A stretch of DNA of 57,515 nt from positions 1 through 57,515 of IMG/VR virus record IMGVR_UViG_3300033565_000004; one strand, written 5' to 3'. The notes under the pieces were generated by a model that saw only the letters and a program-made list of their open reading frames with translations, did not search any database and was not told the DNA's origin. The translations under genes were made by a program, and so were the position numbers. The stretch is from a virus (taxonomy: Duplodnaviria; Caudoviricetes). Positions 9,528 through 19,052 of this stretch are shown piece by piece; the stretch's first letter is position 1; the number at the start of each line of letters is the position of its first letter.

Positions 9528-10355
9528 TTATAAGTAATAGAACCGGAAGTCAAACGTCACCATAAACGCCCCACTCGCGCCCGTCACCGTAAAGTTATTC
9601 GCTCCAGGCTTCAGCGTAATTAATTTCCGATTGGTATTCGCAAACACGCTGACCACTCCGTTTTTAAGCGACCGCACTCCGTCAATTTTCAACGTGTCGC
9701 TTGCCGTAGTGGTGCCGGTATATGACCACGTTTCGCCTGTCGTTGTGTTAGCGATTGAGAGATTCGTAGAGGCGCCCGCGTACGTTATCACCAACGGAAA
9801 CTCGCGTGGGTCGACCGTTATGTCGCCTGCGTTGAATATCGAAAATGACGCCACGTTTTGCGTATAGTCCGCTTCGTCTACCGTTAAGCCTTGACCGACT
9901 TGCCATAACTCGGCGTCGAACGTTAACGGGTCGAGCGTAGTTCCGATTGATTCTGCGTAGGTTGAGTCGCTGATGAAGTTGAGCGTGAATTCTCCGTACA
10001 TTCCGATTAGTTCCGGCGTAATAGAATCGGCTACCTCGACGAGCCACCGTTTGCCTGGCGTTGCTTCCGGTATAATGTAGTACGGCTCGCGTCCGTAAAT
10101 TACACGGATTATTTCGTCGCGTAATAAAAGCGAGTCAGCATAATCGACCGCAAAGAACGAGCAGACTGCCGTGATTTCGCGTGCTCCGTAATCTTTACCT
10201 AGTCGAATCTGCCCGTCGCGTCCGTCTATTTGATCCGTCTGTCGTGTCGGTTTTGGCGAACTAATTTGGAACGAGCGAACGAGCACCGAAAAGTCATCGG
10301 CCATATCGTAAGTGGTTCCGTCTTGCAATACGATTTTAAAATTGTCGAGGCTCAT
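9528..10355 (-). CDS. Distal tail protein (Dit)
   Basis: Follows the tape measure gene; IDGRDG, PGKRW.V, IFNAGD and LKPGANNF motifs. Confidence 0.85.
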   Translation of the reverse strand: MSLDNFKIVLQDGTTYDMADDFSVLVRSFQISSPKPTRQTDQIDGRDGQIRLGKDYGAREITAVCSFFAVDYADSLLLRDEIIRVIYGREPYYIIPEATPGKRWLVEVADSITPELIGMYGEFTLNFISDSTYAESIGTTLDPLTFDAELWQVGQGLTVDEADYTQNVASFSIFNAGDITVDPREFPLVITYAGASTNLSIANTTTGETWSYTGTTTASDTLKIDGVRSLKNGVVSVFANTNRKLITLKPGANNFTVTGASGAFMVTFDFRFYYL

Positions 10356-13135
10356 CGCTTCACCCCTCCGTTTCTATTCTGCATACGTGTTTCCGTTGCT
10401 TGTTTCGTATCGACGTAATTCCAAAGCGCGTTGCCGTCGACTACAACCGAAGGTGACTGCGCTGTGTTCTGCGCGATCGCACCCAGTAGCGATTTGATGT
10501 CGGCGATTTCGCCCGCTGAGAATGGCGAAGTGTTTCCGCCTGTTTGGCCCGCGTCAATCATCCGCATTAGATTACTTTGTTGTGCCTCCGTAAGAACAGC
10601 CTCGTTTCGAAGTAGCCTGACGTCAATTTCGTTATGAGAAGGAGCATTTGCGAACTGTGACGCAAGTCCTCCGACGTGTAACTGTGGTGGCTTTCCGACA
10701 ATTCCGCCCGTGTGGTATTTCATTGCGTTCGCTTTATAATTGTTGAAATCTTTTGAAGCAACCGCGTTCTGATAGACGGTAAAATTTTTCGATACGTCCT
10801 TACCGAGCTCAGCGTTCATTGCTTGCGCTTTGCCGATGATTTCTTCGACTTTCGACTTTGTACCTTGGAGCTTATTAATTTGCTGTTGTATCGCGTCACG
10901 AGCCGCACGATACTCCGCCGTATTACGCTGATTAACTGGCACGGATTTTTCTAGCGCCGCCTTTTGCGCATTGAGTTTAGTGATTGCCGAATCAATAGTA
11001 CGGACTTCTTCACCGCGTTTTGCGTTAATACCGGCTTGCCTTAATTCAAGGTCGACCATCTTGCGCTTAACTTCGTCTAGCTTTCCGATTTGCGCCTGAA
11101 TTTTATCCATTTCTTTCGTCCTATCGACTAGCAAACCGGCTGTTTCCGCTCTTTGCTTTTTAATCGCTCCGAGTTTGTGCTCTTCCCTTTCGATGGTTGT
11201 GTTGAGACGTTCAATTTCGAGGGAATCCTTATTCGCTTTAGCTGTCGCTAGGTCATCATAAAGGTCCTTTACTTTTTTGCGTTGGTCGATTTCTTTCGTG
11301 TCATAGCCCGCCATCTTCTCTTTTAGACCGTTGATTCGTTTTAACTCTTCCGTCTCTTTTGCGAGGTAATCCGACATGTTCGCTTCGGCTTTCGCCTTTT
11401 GCGCGTCAAGTTCCAAACGAATACGCTCATATTGTTGCTGATTATACGCCTTGATTTTGTCGGTCGAAGTTAAAATTGCGTTCCCTTGCGCCGAAATTTG
11501 AGTCGTTGCTTCCGGAACCTTTTCGATTAACTCCCCGTTAAGTCGTACCATCGTATCGAGTTCTTCGTTAGATAGGCCCGATTTCTTTCGAAGGGATTCT
11601 TGCTCACTGCTAAGGCGAGATATTACGTTCGGATCAGCGGTCTTAGAAATTAGCGAGTTGATGTCAACGAAACGGCCGAGCTCTTCGTTTGATAGCTTTG
11701 ACTTAGCGCGTAATTCTTCGTATTGCTTAGTGGTTGCGCCAAGTTCGTCCGCTTGCTTCATCATTGACTCCGCAGTTTCGAGGTTAACCTCTTTCATTTC
11801 GTTTTGGTGGACGACTACACCGGCAATTACTCCGCCTAATATTGATAGCGCCGTTATAGCCGCACCAACTGGCGTCAATGCGAATGCGCGCAATGCAACG
11901 CTTAGTTTTGCGATTGTACTTCCGACAAGCAATATCGCCGTTGATGCAGACGCCATTGCTAAGCCGACCTTAATCGTCGTACCATCAACATCACCGAATT
12001 TTCGAACGAGGTCTGATGCAAAGCGCACGATATCCGTAAAGGCCGGCAAAAGTTCGTCGCCGACGGTGATTCCTACGTTTTGAAGGACCGCTTGGAATTC
12101 CTTAAAAGCGCCTTTTAGCGTATCCATTTTAACCGCAGCGACGTCGGCCGCCTTAATCTTCATCATTGCGGTAGTCATTTCGTTAAGCCCTTTAGCGCCT
12201 TCTTTATACAGGATATTTCCGGCACGGATAGCATCGGTTCCAAACATTTGGGCAAGAGTTGCCTGCCGTTGTTCGTTTGTTAAGTGCTTCAACTTATCTT
12301 GTAGGATTTGCGCGATTTCAGACATCGATTTAATGTTTCCGTGAGCGTCAAAGAAGGCGTTAGAGCTACCTTTAACAGTGACACCGAGCTCATCGAATAG
12401 TTTCGCCTCTTTTTTCGTTTGCGGGATTAAGTTAAGTAACATCGTCTTGAGCGAGGTTCCCGCGTCGGAACCTTTAAGACCGTTCTGCGCGAATAACGCT
12501 AGTGTCGATGCAGTATCTTTAAACGTTAATCCAACGCCCGAAGCAACGGCTGAAACCATCGAAAGACCAAACCGCATTTCACCGACGTCAGTTGCCGAAG
12601 CATTCGCCGCTCCAGCTAGTATGTTGGCCGCATCTGAAACAGAAAGTGAATCCTTCTTGAAAGCGTTAAGTGCTGTCGATGCAACTTCGGCCGCGTCCTT
12701 TAGCGATATTCCGCCTGCAGCCGCCAAATCGAGCGCACCCTTTAAGCCTCCGCCAATAACTTGACTAGTCGTTAAACCAGCCTTTATCAATTCTTCCATT
12801 CCACCGGCTATTTGTACCGCGTTATATTGAGAGGTTTCGGCGAAGTCTTTTGCTGCTTGGCTCAATTGATCCATTTCTGAAGCCGAAGCACCTGAAACTG
12901 CTTTTACGTTAGCCATCGCCTGCTCGAAATCTGCCGCCGTTTTTACCGCTGCACCAACGCCTACTGCGAGTGCAGCGCCCATCCCAAGCGCAGCTTTGTG
13001 AATTAGCGCGATATCCTTACTAACCTTCTTCGCTGACTGGCTCGTATTGGCCATCTGGTTTTGCGCTGACTGCAAACTTTGGTTAAATTGCGCCGTCGAC
13101 AGGGTTAGCGTGGCTTGTATATTACCTACATCCAT
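10352..13135 (-). CDS. Tail tape measure protein (TP901-type core)
   Basis: AADFEQAMANVKAVSGA and GLKGSDAGTSLKTML motifs; long helical region. Confidence 0.95.
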   Translation of the reverse strand: MDVGNIQATLTLSTAQFNQSLQSAQNQMANTSQSAKKVSKDIALIHKAALGMGAALAVGVGAAVKTAADFEQAMANVKAVSGASASEMDQLSQAAKDFAETSQYNAVQIAGGMEELIKAGLTTSQVIGGGLKGALDLAAAGGISLKDAAEVASTALNAFKKDSLSVSDAANILAGAANASATDVGEMRFGLSMVSAVASGVGLTFKDTASTLALFAQNGLKGSDAGTSLKTMLLNLIPQTKKEAKLFDELGVTVKGSSNAFFDAHGNIKSMSEIAQILQDKLKHLTNEQRQATLAQMFGTDAIRAGNILYKEGAKGLNEMTTAMMKIKAADVAAVKMDTLKGAFKEFQAVLQNVGITVGDELLPAFTDIVRFASDLVRKFGDVDGTTIKVGLAMASASTAILLVGSTIAKLSVALRAFALTPVGAAITALSILGGVIAGVVVHQNEMKEVNLETAESMMKQADELGATTKQYEELRAKSKLSNEELGRFVDINSLISKTADPNVISRLSSEQESLRKKSGLSNEELDTMVRLNGELIEKVPEATTQISAQGNAILTSTDKIKAYNQQQYERIRLELDAQKAKAEANMSDYLAKETEELKRINGLKEKMAGYDTKEIDQRKKVKDLYDDLATAKANKDSLEIERLNTTIEREEHKLGAIKKQRAETAGLLVDRTKEMDKIQAQIGKLDEVKRKMVDLELRQAGINAKRGEEVRTIDSAITKLNAQKAALEKSVPVNQRNTAEYRAARDAIQQQINKLQGTKSKVEEIIGKAQAMNAELGKDVSKNFTVYQNAVASKDFNNYKANAMKYHTGGIVGKPPQLHVGGLASQFANAPSHNEIDVRLLRNEAVLTEAQQSNLMRMIDAGQTGGNTSPFSAGEIADIKSLLGAIAQNTAQSPSVVVDGNALWNYVDTKQATETRMQNRNGGVKR

Positions 13136-13150
13136 TCGTCTACCTCCTTC

Positions 13151-13423
13151 CTAATTTCCTTTCGCAAACATCCGTAACTCTTCGAATTTGTCACGGTTAA
13201 ACCCTTGCTCTTCCTTAACGCCAACGTCCTTATTAAGTCGGCGAATAAACGCTTTATAGTCGGCTTCTTCAAGTCCGCGATTATGCGTTGCAAGTCCGAG
13301 GTAGACGTCGTTTAAGCGCATTAGTGCGTCCTGTTTGCGTTTAGCTTCTAGCACGGCCGGAACGTCGACCATATAGTAGCCGTTTTCCAAATCGGTCTGC
13401 GTGACTCCTAGAGCTACAGACAC
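13151..13423 (-). CDS. Tail assembly chaperone, -1 frameshift extension (gpT-like)
   Basis: The frame is open back to the slippery site at 13498-13504; no clear RBS of its own. Confidence 0.7.
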   Translation of the reverse strand: MSVALGVTQTDLENGYYMVDVPAVLEAKRKQDALMRLNDVYLGLATHNRGLEEADYKAFIRRLNKDVGVKEEQGFNRDKFEELRMFAKGN

Positions 13424-13467
13424 CTCGATTAAAAAGTCATCAATCGTTATCTTCTCGCCTTCGTCCG

Positions 13468-13845
13468 CTACTCTTGTTTCGGCAGAAGGCTTTTTACGTT
13501 TTTTACAACGTCTTCCAAGCGATTTCTCTTAACAGTGCGGAATAAGTATTCAAATAACTCGTCAACACCGACATTCTCGGTGATATATTCGGCTTCTAGT
13601 CCGGTTAAAACCGCAACTATCTCAGCGATTTCATCAAGCGCAATGTTAAGCGCAGTCAGCACGTATGCATAAAAGTCCTCTTTTGGCGCCGATAAAACTT
13701 GCACGATTAGTCCTGGCAATTTATCGACTGTTTCGAATAGTTGTCGCCATTTTGCGATAGTCAATTTTTCTATTTTAACGCGCTGTTCTCCGAACATCAT
13801 TTCGTTCTCGTTTAGCGCCGTTATGTTCGATTTTCGTTTAAACAC
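13468..13845 (-). CDS. Tail assembly chaperone (gpG-like)
   Basis: Lies between the tail tube and tape measure genes; slippery heptamer near the 3' end. Confidence 0.75.
   Translation of the reverse strand: MFKRKSNITALNENEMMFGEQRVKIEKLTIAKWRQLFETVDKLPGLIVQVLSAPKEDFYAYVLTALNIALDEIAEIVAVLTGLEAEYITENVGVDELFEYLFRTVKRNRLEDVVKNVKSLLPKQE
13498..13504 (-). other. -1 ribosomal frameshift heptamer A AAA AAC
   Basis: Zero frame GTA AAA AAC; the -1 frame reads without a stop into ORF 13151-13423. Confidence 0.75.
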
Positions 13846-13904
13846 GGTGGAGCACCCCCATTAAAAATAAAAGGCGAGCCGCCCGAAGGTGCCCGCCGTG
13901 GTTG

Positions 13905-14435
13905 TTACGCTACTGTTTCGTCGCCAAGGATGAATAATTCTCCGGTAACCATGTCCGGATAACCTACGAAAGTAATGTTAACGATACGCTCGTTATCCGC
14001 ATCGTACGTATATTCAGGATCGGCAAGAGCGCCAGCCAGTGGAATAGTAATCCAGTCATTTGCGGAGGCCGAAGCGTCTGTTGGCTTAATTACAAGTTGC
14101 TTTGCTGCCGAAAGTAAATCAAATCCCGCTTGTGATTTAACAGAAAGCTTAAATTTCTCCGCCGGAGCTGTTCCGCTCTTTGTAAAAGTCGAATTCGGAA
14201 TAACTTTCGAAAGTTTTTCAAGGTCATGTAGCGCAAATGGAACGGTTACTTCGCAAGTACGCCCTTTCATAATCGACTTAACCGGTGTATCCCCGTACTG
14301 GTCAACTGTAATATCCTGTTTGTTTGTTGTGGCCGTAAATTTAATTCCACCCTTTGTGATGTCGAATGTAACTAACTCGGCGCCTTCGCCGTACTCGACT
14401 TTCGCTGGGCCGATAGGTACGTTAATTCCTGCCAT
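13905..14435 (-). CDS. Major tail tube protein
   Basis: TKGG, VDQYG.TPVK motifs; position; followed by a terminator-like hairpin. Confidence 0.85.
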   Translation of the reverse strand: MAGINVPIGPAKVEYGEGAELVTFDITKGGIKFTATTNKQDITVDQYGDTPVKSIMKGRTCEVTVPFALHDLEKLSKVIPNSTFTKSGTAPAEKFKLSVKSQAGFDLLSAAKQLVIKPTDASASANDWITIPLAGALADPEYTYDADNERIVNITFVGYPDMVTGELFILGDETVA

Positions 14436-14472
14436 TAATTTTCCCTCCTCAAAATAAAAGCGCAGCCAACCG

Positions 14473-14862
14473 TTAAGGTCTAACTACGCAGTCAAAATTC
14501 ATTGAATAAATTGGTCGATTATTTTCGTCATTGCCGATGTATAATGGAACGCTGTTCATCGCGCGAATAATTACCACGGAATCATCGCCGATTGTCACGC
14601 CTTGCAAATTCATTAGCGCTTCATGTATCGCATAAGCACGCGTCTCAGCATCCGCTACATCGTTCGCTTTACCTCGCACAAGTATCTGAAACGACGGCTG
14701 TTTCTTTCCGGTCCACTGACTCGGAGGAAATCCGCCTGTCAATTTGACGATGGCGCATGCGTCTGGCGTCGCCGTTGAAATCGGAAACGAGTTCGGATAA
14801 TAAACGCCAGGGACCCGCGCTTTAACGAATGTTATTAATTCGAGTATTTTCACGTTAATCAC
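14473..14862 (-). CDS. Tail terminator / minor capsid family protein
   Basis: PSFQILVRG and P.YIG.DEN.R..YSMNF motifs. Confidence 0.75.
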   Translation of the reverse strand: MINVKILELITFVKARVPGVYYPNSFPISTATPDACAIVKLTGGFPPSQWTGKKQPSFQILVRGKANDVADAETRAYAIHEALMNLQGVTIGDDSVVIIRAMNSVPLYIGNDENNRPIYSMNFDCVVRP

Positions 14863-15286
14863 CTACCGCATCTCTAATTTCTTCGGCTATCCACCGCATG
14901 TATTTTTCCGCTTCGCCTTTTAATGGTCGTTCGAGGTATTTGTTACCGACAGCGTATCCGTCCGTTCCTGGCGCAGCTGCCGACAATGGTCCGAGATTAT
15001 ATTCGCCTTCATGTATCCATATAGCGTAATTGAAATGCTGTCCGCTACTGTTATCAACGGCACTGAACGATACCTCTCCGACAACATCGGTAGCAGTTTG
15101 GCGCACATTTGCGTGCCCTGAGCGTCTTAAATCCGCTGAGTCAATCGGGGCAATATCGACGGCAATCCGCTTGAGGTCATCTACAGAATCTTGCATCCCG
15201 TTTTTGGCCGCTAATCTCACGCGAGCCGTTGCTACAGCCATGTTAGCGACAACGCCGGAAAAGTTGAAACTCATCCCGTCACTCAT
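14855..15286 (-). CDS. HK97 gp10-like tail completion protein
   Basis: APIDSADLRRS, YAIWIHEG and KYLERP motifs. Confidence 0.75.
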   Translation of the reverse strand: MSDGMSFNFSGVVANMAVATARVRLAAKNGMQDSVDDLKRIAVDIAPIDSADLRRSGHANVRQTATDVVGEVSFSAVDNSSGQHFNYAIWIHEGEYNLGPLSAAAPGTDGYAVGNKYLERPLKGEAEKYMRWIAEEIRDAVGD

Positions 15287-15615
15287 ACGACCACCTCCGT
15301 CAATAACGGCTTACCGCTTGCGCCACGCTTTACGTTGATTTCTTTCGGATTCTTCTCGATAGTGATTCCGAGTTCATTCGTAAAGACGATCGTGTCGGTT
15401 TCCCGTATGTCTGCAAGTTTGTCGAAGAGTATGCGAGCTGTTGCGATAACGATTTCGCTGTTAGTCATGCCGACCGAGCGATAAGCACGCAATTGCGATC
15501 CTTCTTCAACGCGACATTTTAGCGTTAATTCCTCGCCAGGTATTGCGTTTCCCCAATCGTCCAATTCGCCGCCTCGCTTAATGGTAACGGTCTGCTTCAT
15601 CGGCAGAATCGCCAT
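15283..15615 (-). CDS. Head closure (stopper) protein
   Basis: DDWGN..., CRVEE motifs; position; start moved to MAILP. Confidence 0.65.
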   Translation of the reverse strand: MAILPMKQTVTIKRGGELDDWGNAIPGEELTLKCRVEEGSQLRAYRSVGMTNSEIVIATARILFDKLADIRETDTIVFTNELGITIEKNPKEINVKRGASGKPLLTEVVV

Positions 15616-15617
15616 GA

Positions 15618-16007
15618 CTACAACACCGTCCATTTCACGCGCTTACCGCCTTGACCGCCGAGCGACACACCGTTTTCCTTGCCGATTAAATCGAGAGATG
15701 CCGTCGGTATTAATGACTCTAGCGAATCTTTTCCTCCGTCGAACATGTACGATATACCGGCGACTGAAAACTGCTTCACGCCGTTTTGTTTTTGCGCATT
15801 AGTATCGTTAAATGCCGTCGCTAAAACGGCCACGTATTCATACACAGCATTGTCCGGGATTGTATACGTCGGATAAACACGACTTAGCGTTGAATTAGCA
15901 ACGTTTAATAACCGCTGTTTTCTCGCGTCGTCACTATCCGTCCAATCTTCGATCAGAATCACGTTTGATTCGATGTATACGTCCGCACCAAACACATTTA
16001 ATGCCAT
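15618..16007 (-). CDS. Head-tail adaptor protein
   Basis: Position after the capsid genes; GVKQFSV.GIS motif. Confidence 0.65.
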   Translation of the reverse strand: MALNVFGADVYIESNVILIEDWTDSDDARKQRLLNVANSTLSRVYPTYTIPDNAVYEYVAVLATAFNDTNAQKQNGVKQFSVAGISYMFDGGKDSLESLIPTASLDLIGKENGVSLGGQGGKRVKWTVL

Positions 16008-16026
16008 TTAACGCCACCTCCGTTGA

Positions 16027-16257
16027 TTATTTACCGGAGGCTTTTTTCGCTGGCGCTTTCGGCTTCAATACCGGTGCCTTTGATTCCTCCGCTTTTGGTT
16101 TGTCGACGCGATTGGCGTCTGTAATTTTCGATAATACTTCGATCGTTGCTTCGTCCTCTGTTACATAGCGACCGCCATCAAAGCGCTTGTATTCGCCGTT
16201 AACATAGAAGCCAAGTTGTAGATAATGCGAATTGAATTCCGCCAAATGATTCACCAC
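16027..16257 (-). CDS. Small head-associated hypothetical protein
   Basis: Directly after the major capsid gene; Lys/Ala/Pro-rich tail. Confidence 0.55.
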   Translation of the reverse strand: MVNHLAEFNSHYLQLGFYVNGEYKRFDGGRYVTEDEATIEVLSKITDANRVDKPKAEESKAPVLKPKAPAKKASGK

Positions 16258-16310
16258 CTAAAGAAAAAGCCCGCAGGAAACCCCCGCGAGCCGAATTGTG
16301 TAACGGTTAA

Positions 16311-17393
16311 TTAGCTAAGTCCTTTTAAACGGCCATGCGCTTTCTCTTGCTTGAATTCAAGCGTGTACTCACCAACAAGCATACCGACAGTGTAATCGCC
16401 TTTTTCGCCCATGAATTTATGGAAGAAGTCACGACCGATTAGTGGACGGATTGCAACACGGTTAGCGTCAACGAATAATAGTTCGTCAGCAGCCAAGTTG
16501 TTGTTAAGCGCGATTTCGAACTGACCGAAGTCATTGATTAGCGTGTCAACTACTTCACCACGAGAATTTTCGCTACGAGAAATCTGAACTTTGTTAGTAT
16601 CAAGCGCTGAAAGGTTACGTTTTTGTTTAGCGCCAACGATAACTTTGTAGTCTCCGCCAGTAGCGAAACCGCCTGCTTCGTAGATTTTTTGCGCTAAGTC
16701 ATTTACTGAAGCCATTGTTAAAGCGCCAGCTACGTTAGTAACGTTAGAAGCGATGAATTGACGGATACCTTTCATTTGACGGATTTGACCGCTTTCGTAA
16801 GAGATACCGTTGATTAACGCTTTCTCTAATTGAAGCGCAAGCTCAAGTTGTTTCTTTTGCTTTTCGTATTCGTAAAGATCGTTGATTCCGTATTGTTGAA
16901 CCGCTGCTGCAGTACCGGAAATTTCAACAGAGTCGTCGAAAATTTGAGTTTTGTTAGACTTCGCAACGCGTGCTTTGAAACGAGCACCACGAACGTCTGC
17001 GCCTTCAGAACCTTCAACGAATTGAACTTCGATTTTAGCAAGGTCAGCAATTGCCGCTGCAGTTGTTCCAGCGTATCCACGAGTAACTGTTAAAGTAGAA
17101 CCCGCAATTGCAGTTACTAACAATAACTCGTCTCCAACCTTAACTACGTGTCCTACACGGAATGGTTCAGCATTAGCAACAATCACGGAAGTTGCAACGT
17201 TAGTTACAGCGCCAGCTACTGTTGATTCATCTGCGATCATTTCATCTTCGAACCATTGGTGCGTAGTTTGCGTTACCGCTTCGCTAAATCCAAGTAAGTT
17301 TAAAAGAGGTGTTTGGTGTTGGTTTAATAAAAGGATTTCGTCTACTACTGATTGTTTTTTGCCGATAAGGGATGCATCATAAATTTTCGCCAT
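16311..17393 (-). CDS. Major capsid protein (SU10/DUF5309-like)
   Basis: TPLL, H.WFED, NKTQIF, LEKALING, GEYTLE motifs; follows the scaffold gene. Confidence 0.88.
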   Translation of the reverse strand: MAKIYDASLIGKKQSVVDEILLLNQHQTPLLNLLGFSEAVTQTTHQWFEDEMIADESTVAGAVTNVATSVIVANAEPFRVGHVVKVGDELLLVTAIAGSTLTVTRGYAGTTAAAIADLAKIEVQFVEGSEGADVRGARFKARVAKSNKTQIFDDSVEISGTAAAVQQYGINDLYEYEKQKKQLELALQLEKALINGISYESGQIRQMKGIRQFIASNVTNVAGALTMASVNDLAQKIYEAGGFATGGDYKVIVGAKQKRNLSALDTNKVQISRSENSRGEVVDTLINDFGQFEIALNNNLAADELLFVDANRVAIRPLIGRDFFHKFMGEKGDYTVGMLVGEYTLEFKQEKAHGRLKGLS

Positions 17394-17431
17394 TGTTAAA
17401 TAGCCTCCTAGTATAATTGTTTTTGGGTACT

Positions 17432-17456
17432 AAAAAAGACGCCTTGATGGGCGCCC
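17432..17456 (-). terminator. Intrinsic terminator/attenuator after the scaffold gene
   Basis: ggcgcc-catcaa-ggcgtc followed by T6 on the minus strand. Confidence 0.55.
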
Positions 17457-17462
17457 GATAAC

Positions 17463-18137
17463 CTAAATTCCTAATTCACGTTTTAATGCTGCGACGGCCA
17501 TGCGGTCTTCAATCCGGCCAGTCCGTTTCGCTTTGTCTTGGGCATCTCGCAATAATTGCTCGGATGTCTTCTCTGCCGTATCTCTCAGCGAATTAGTTGC
17601 TTCGCCGATTTGTTTCTGCGGCTTTTTGGTATCCGCCAAGAAGCTATAATTAGTAACAAGCGCATTCATCACGTCTTCCAAACCTTCCACGCCGTTTTCG
17701 CCGATTGTCACGGCCGCTAAGTCGGCAAGTTTGAGCGCAGCGTCGATTCGGTCAACCGGAATGTTAACGCCTGGTGCCGCCTTAATAAATGCGTTTTCGA
17801 TTTTCTGACGTTCGGCTTTCGTTTGATAATCTTTCAATTGTTTTTCGAAGTCATTGCGTTCAGCCTCATATTTCTTCGCTAACTCTTCCGCGCGTTCTTG
17901 CGCTGACAACTCGGCAAGACGTTTTTCTTCGAGCGCTTTTTCATACTCGGACGCTTTCGTTTTCAGGTCATCGTAATCTGCGAACTTTTCGATTTTCTTT
18001 CGTTCGCGAGCAATCCGATCCGCCACGATTTTGTCGAGTTCTTCTTGCGTGAACGTTTTACTTTCCGGTTTATTTACCGACTCCTCAGCCGTGTTGGTTT
18101 CGTTCACTACTGCTTCGTTATTTAATTCTTCACTCAT
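17463..18137 (-). CDS. Capsid scaffolding protein
   Basis: KTFTQEELDKIVADRIARERKK; acidic coiled coil. Confidence 0.88.
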   Translation of the reverse strand: MSEELNNEAVVNETNTAEESVNKPESKTFTQEELDKIVADRIARERKKIEKFADYDDLKTKASEYEKALEEKRLAELSAQERAEELAKKYEAERNDFEKQLKDYQTKAERQKIENAFIKAAPGVNIPVDRIDAALKLADLAAVTIGENGVEGLEDVMNALVTNYSFLADTKKPQKQIGEATNSLRDTAEKTSEQLLRDAQDKAKRTGRIEDRMAVAALKRELGI

Positions 18138-18225
18138 TGCGTTACCTCCGTTTGAGAGCCGTCGCTCATTAATTTAAACAGCCGTTTCTTTTTACGTCTT
18201 AACGTTCGGACATAGAAAAAGCCAC

Positions 18226-19050
18226 TTAGACTCGATCAGGACGTCTAACTGGCGATATAACATGTTTACATTTTGGATGGAATATTTCACGGTTTGGCAA
18301 CGAGCCATAATATGGATAGTCACCCGGAGCGTCAGGCGTTAGCTTCACGATTTTACCTTCCCAATTACGGCATAAATCCTTTGCACCGTGACTGCTGATA
18401 ACTCCGTAAAAGGCGTCACGACCTAGCGCATCATTGATCGCTGATTCTCGTTGAGCCTGCGCTAACTTCGTCTGAGTTACCATGTCCGCATAAACTTCCG
18501 GTTTCCAACGCCTGCCCGCTGCGTCAATAATTCCGGTGTTAAGCGAGTCACCTAACCGCTGTCTTAACGCCTTCAAGATGTCCCGCTTAATCGCGTCTGT
18601 CGTGTTGATGCCTTGTGTTAAATTGGACCGCATGGCTTCCGCAGTCACCTGGCGAATGGTCGTCCGCACTTTCCGATTAATGTTTTGCGAAACTTGCAAG
18701 AGGTCGGCTTGCGTATCAGCAACCGCCGTTTTAATAAACTCGCGGTTTAATCGATTAAAGACGACGATTTTCCGTGCATCTTCAACCGTGTCCGCGACGC
18801 CAAGCGCCATAATCGAATATATGATGCCGTCTTCCGCCGCCTTTGGTATCGTCGAGGCAACCCACGCCTTTGTTCTTACGTCGAGTTCGCCAAGCACATC
18901 CGCTATTTCCTTTTGTACGACGATAAGCTGGGCGCGCTCGAAATTCGTTAAGTCAATGCGATTTAATTCGTTACTAATCTTCTGAAGCGCCTCGCGATAA
19001 TAACCTATTAAAATCGATATATCGTACTCATACGTTGGTGTTGGCGCCAT
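18226..19050 (-). CDS. Minor capsid / head morphogenesis protein
   Basis: DAAGRRW, SSHGA...C..WEG and FHPKCKH motifs. Confidence 0.85.
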   Translation of the reverse strand: MAPTPTYEYDISILIGYYREALQKISNELNRIDLTNFERAQLIVVQKEIADVLGELDVRTKAWVASTIPKAAEDGIIYSIMALGVADTVEDARKIVVFNRLNREFIKTAVADTQADLLQVSQNINRKVRTTIRQVTAEAMRSNLTQGINTTDAIKRDILKALRQRLGDSLNTGIIDAAGRRWKPEVYADMVTQTKLAQAQRESAINDALGRDAFYGVISSHGAKDLCRNWEGKIVKLTPDAPGDYPYYGSLPNREIFHPKCKHVISPVRRPDRV

Positions 19051-19052
19051 GC

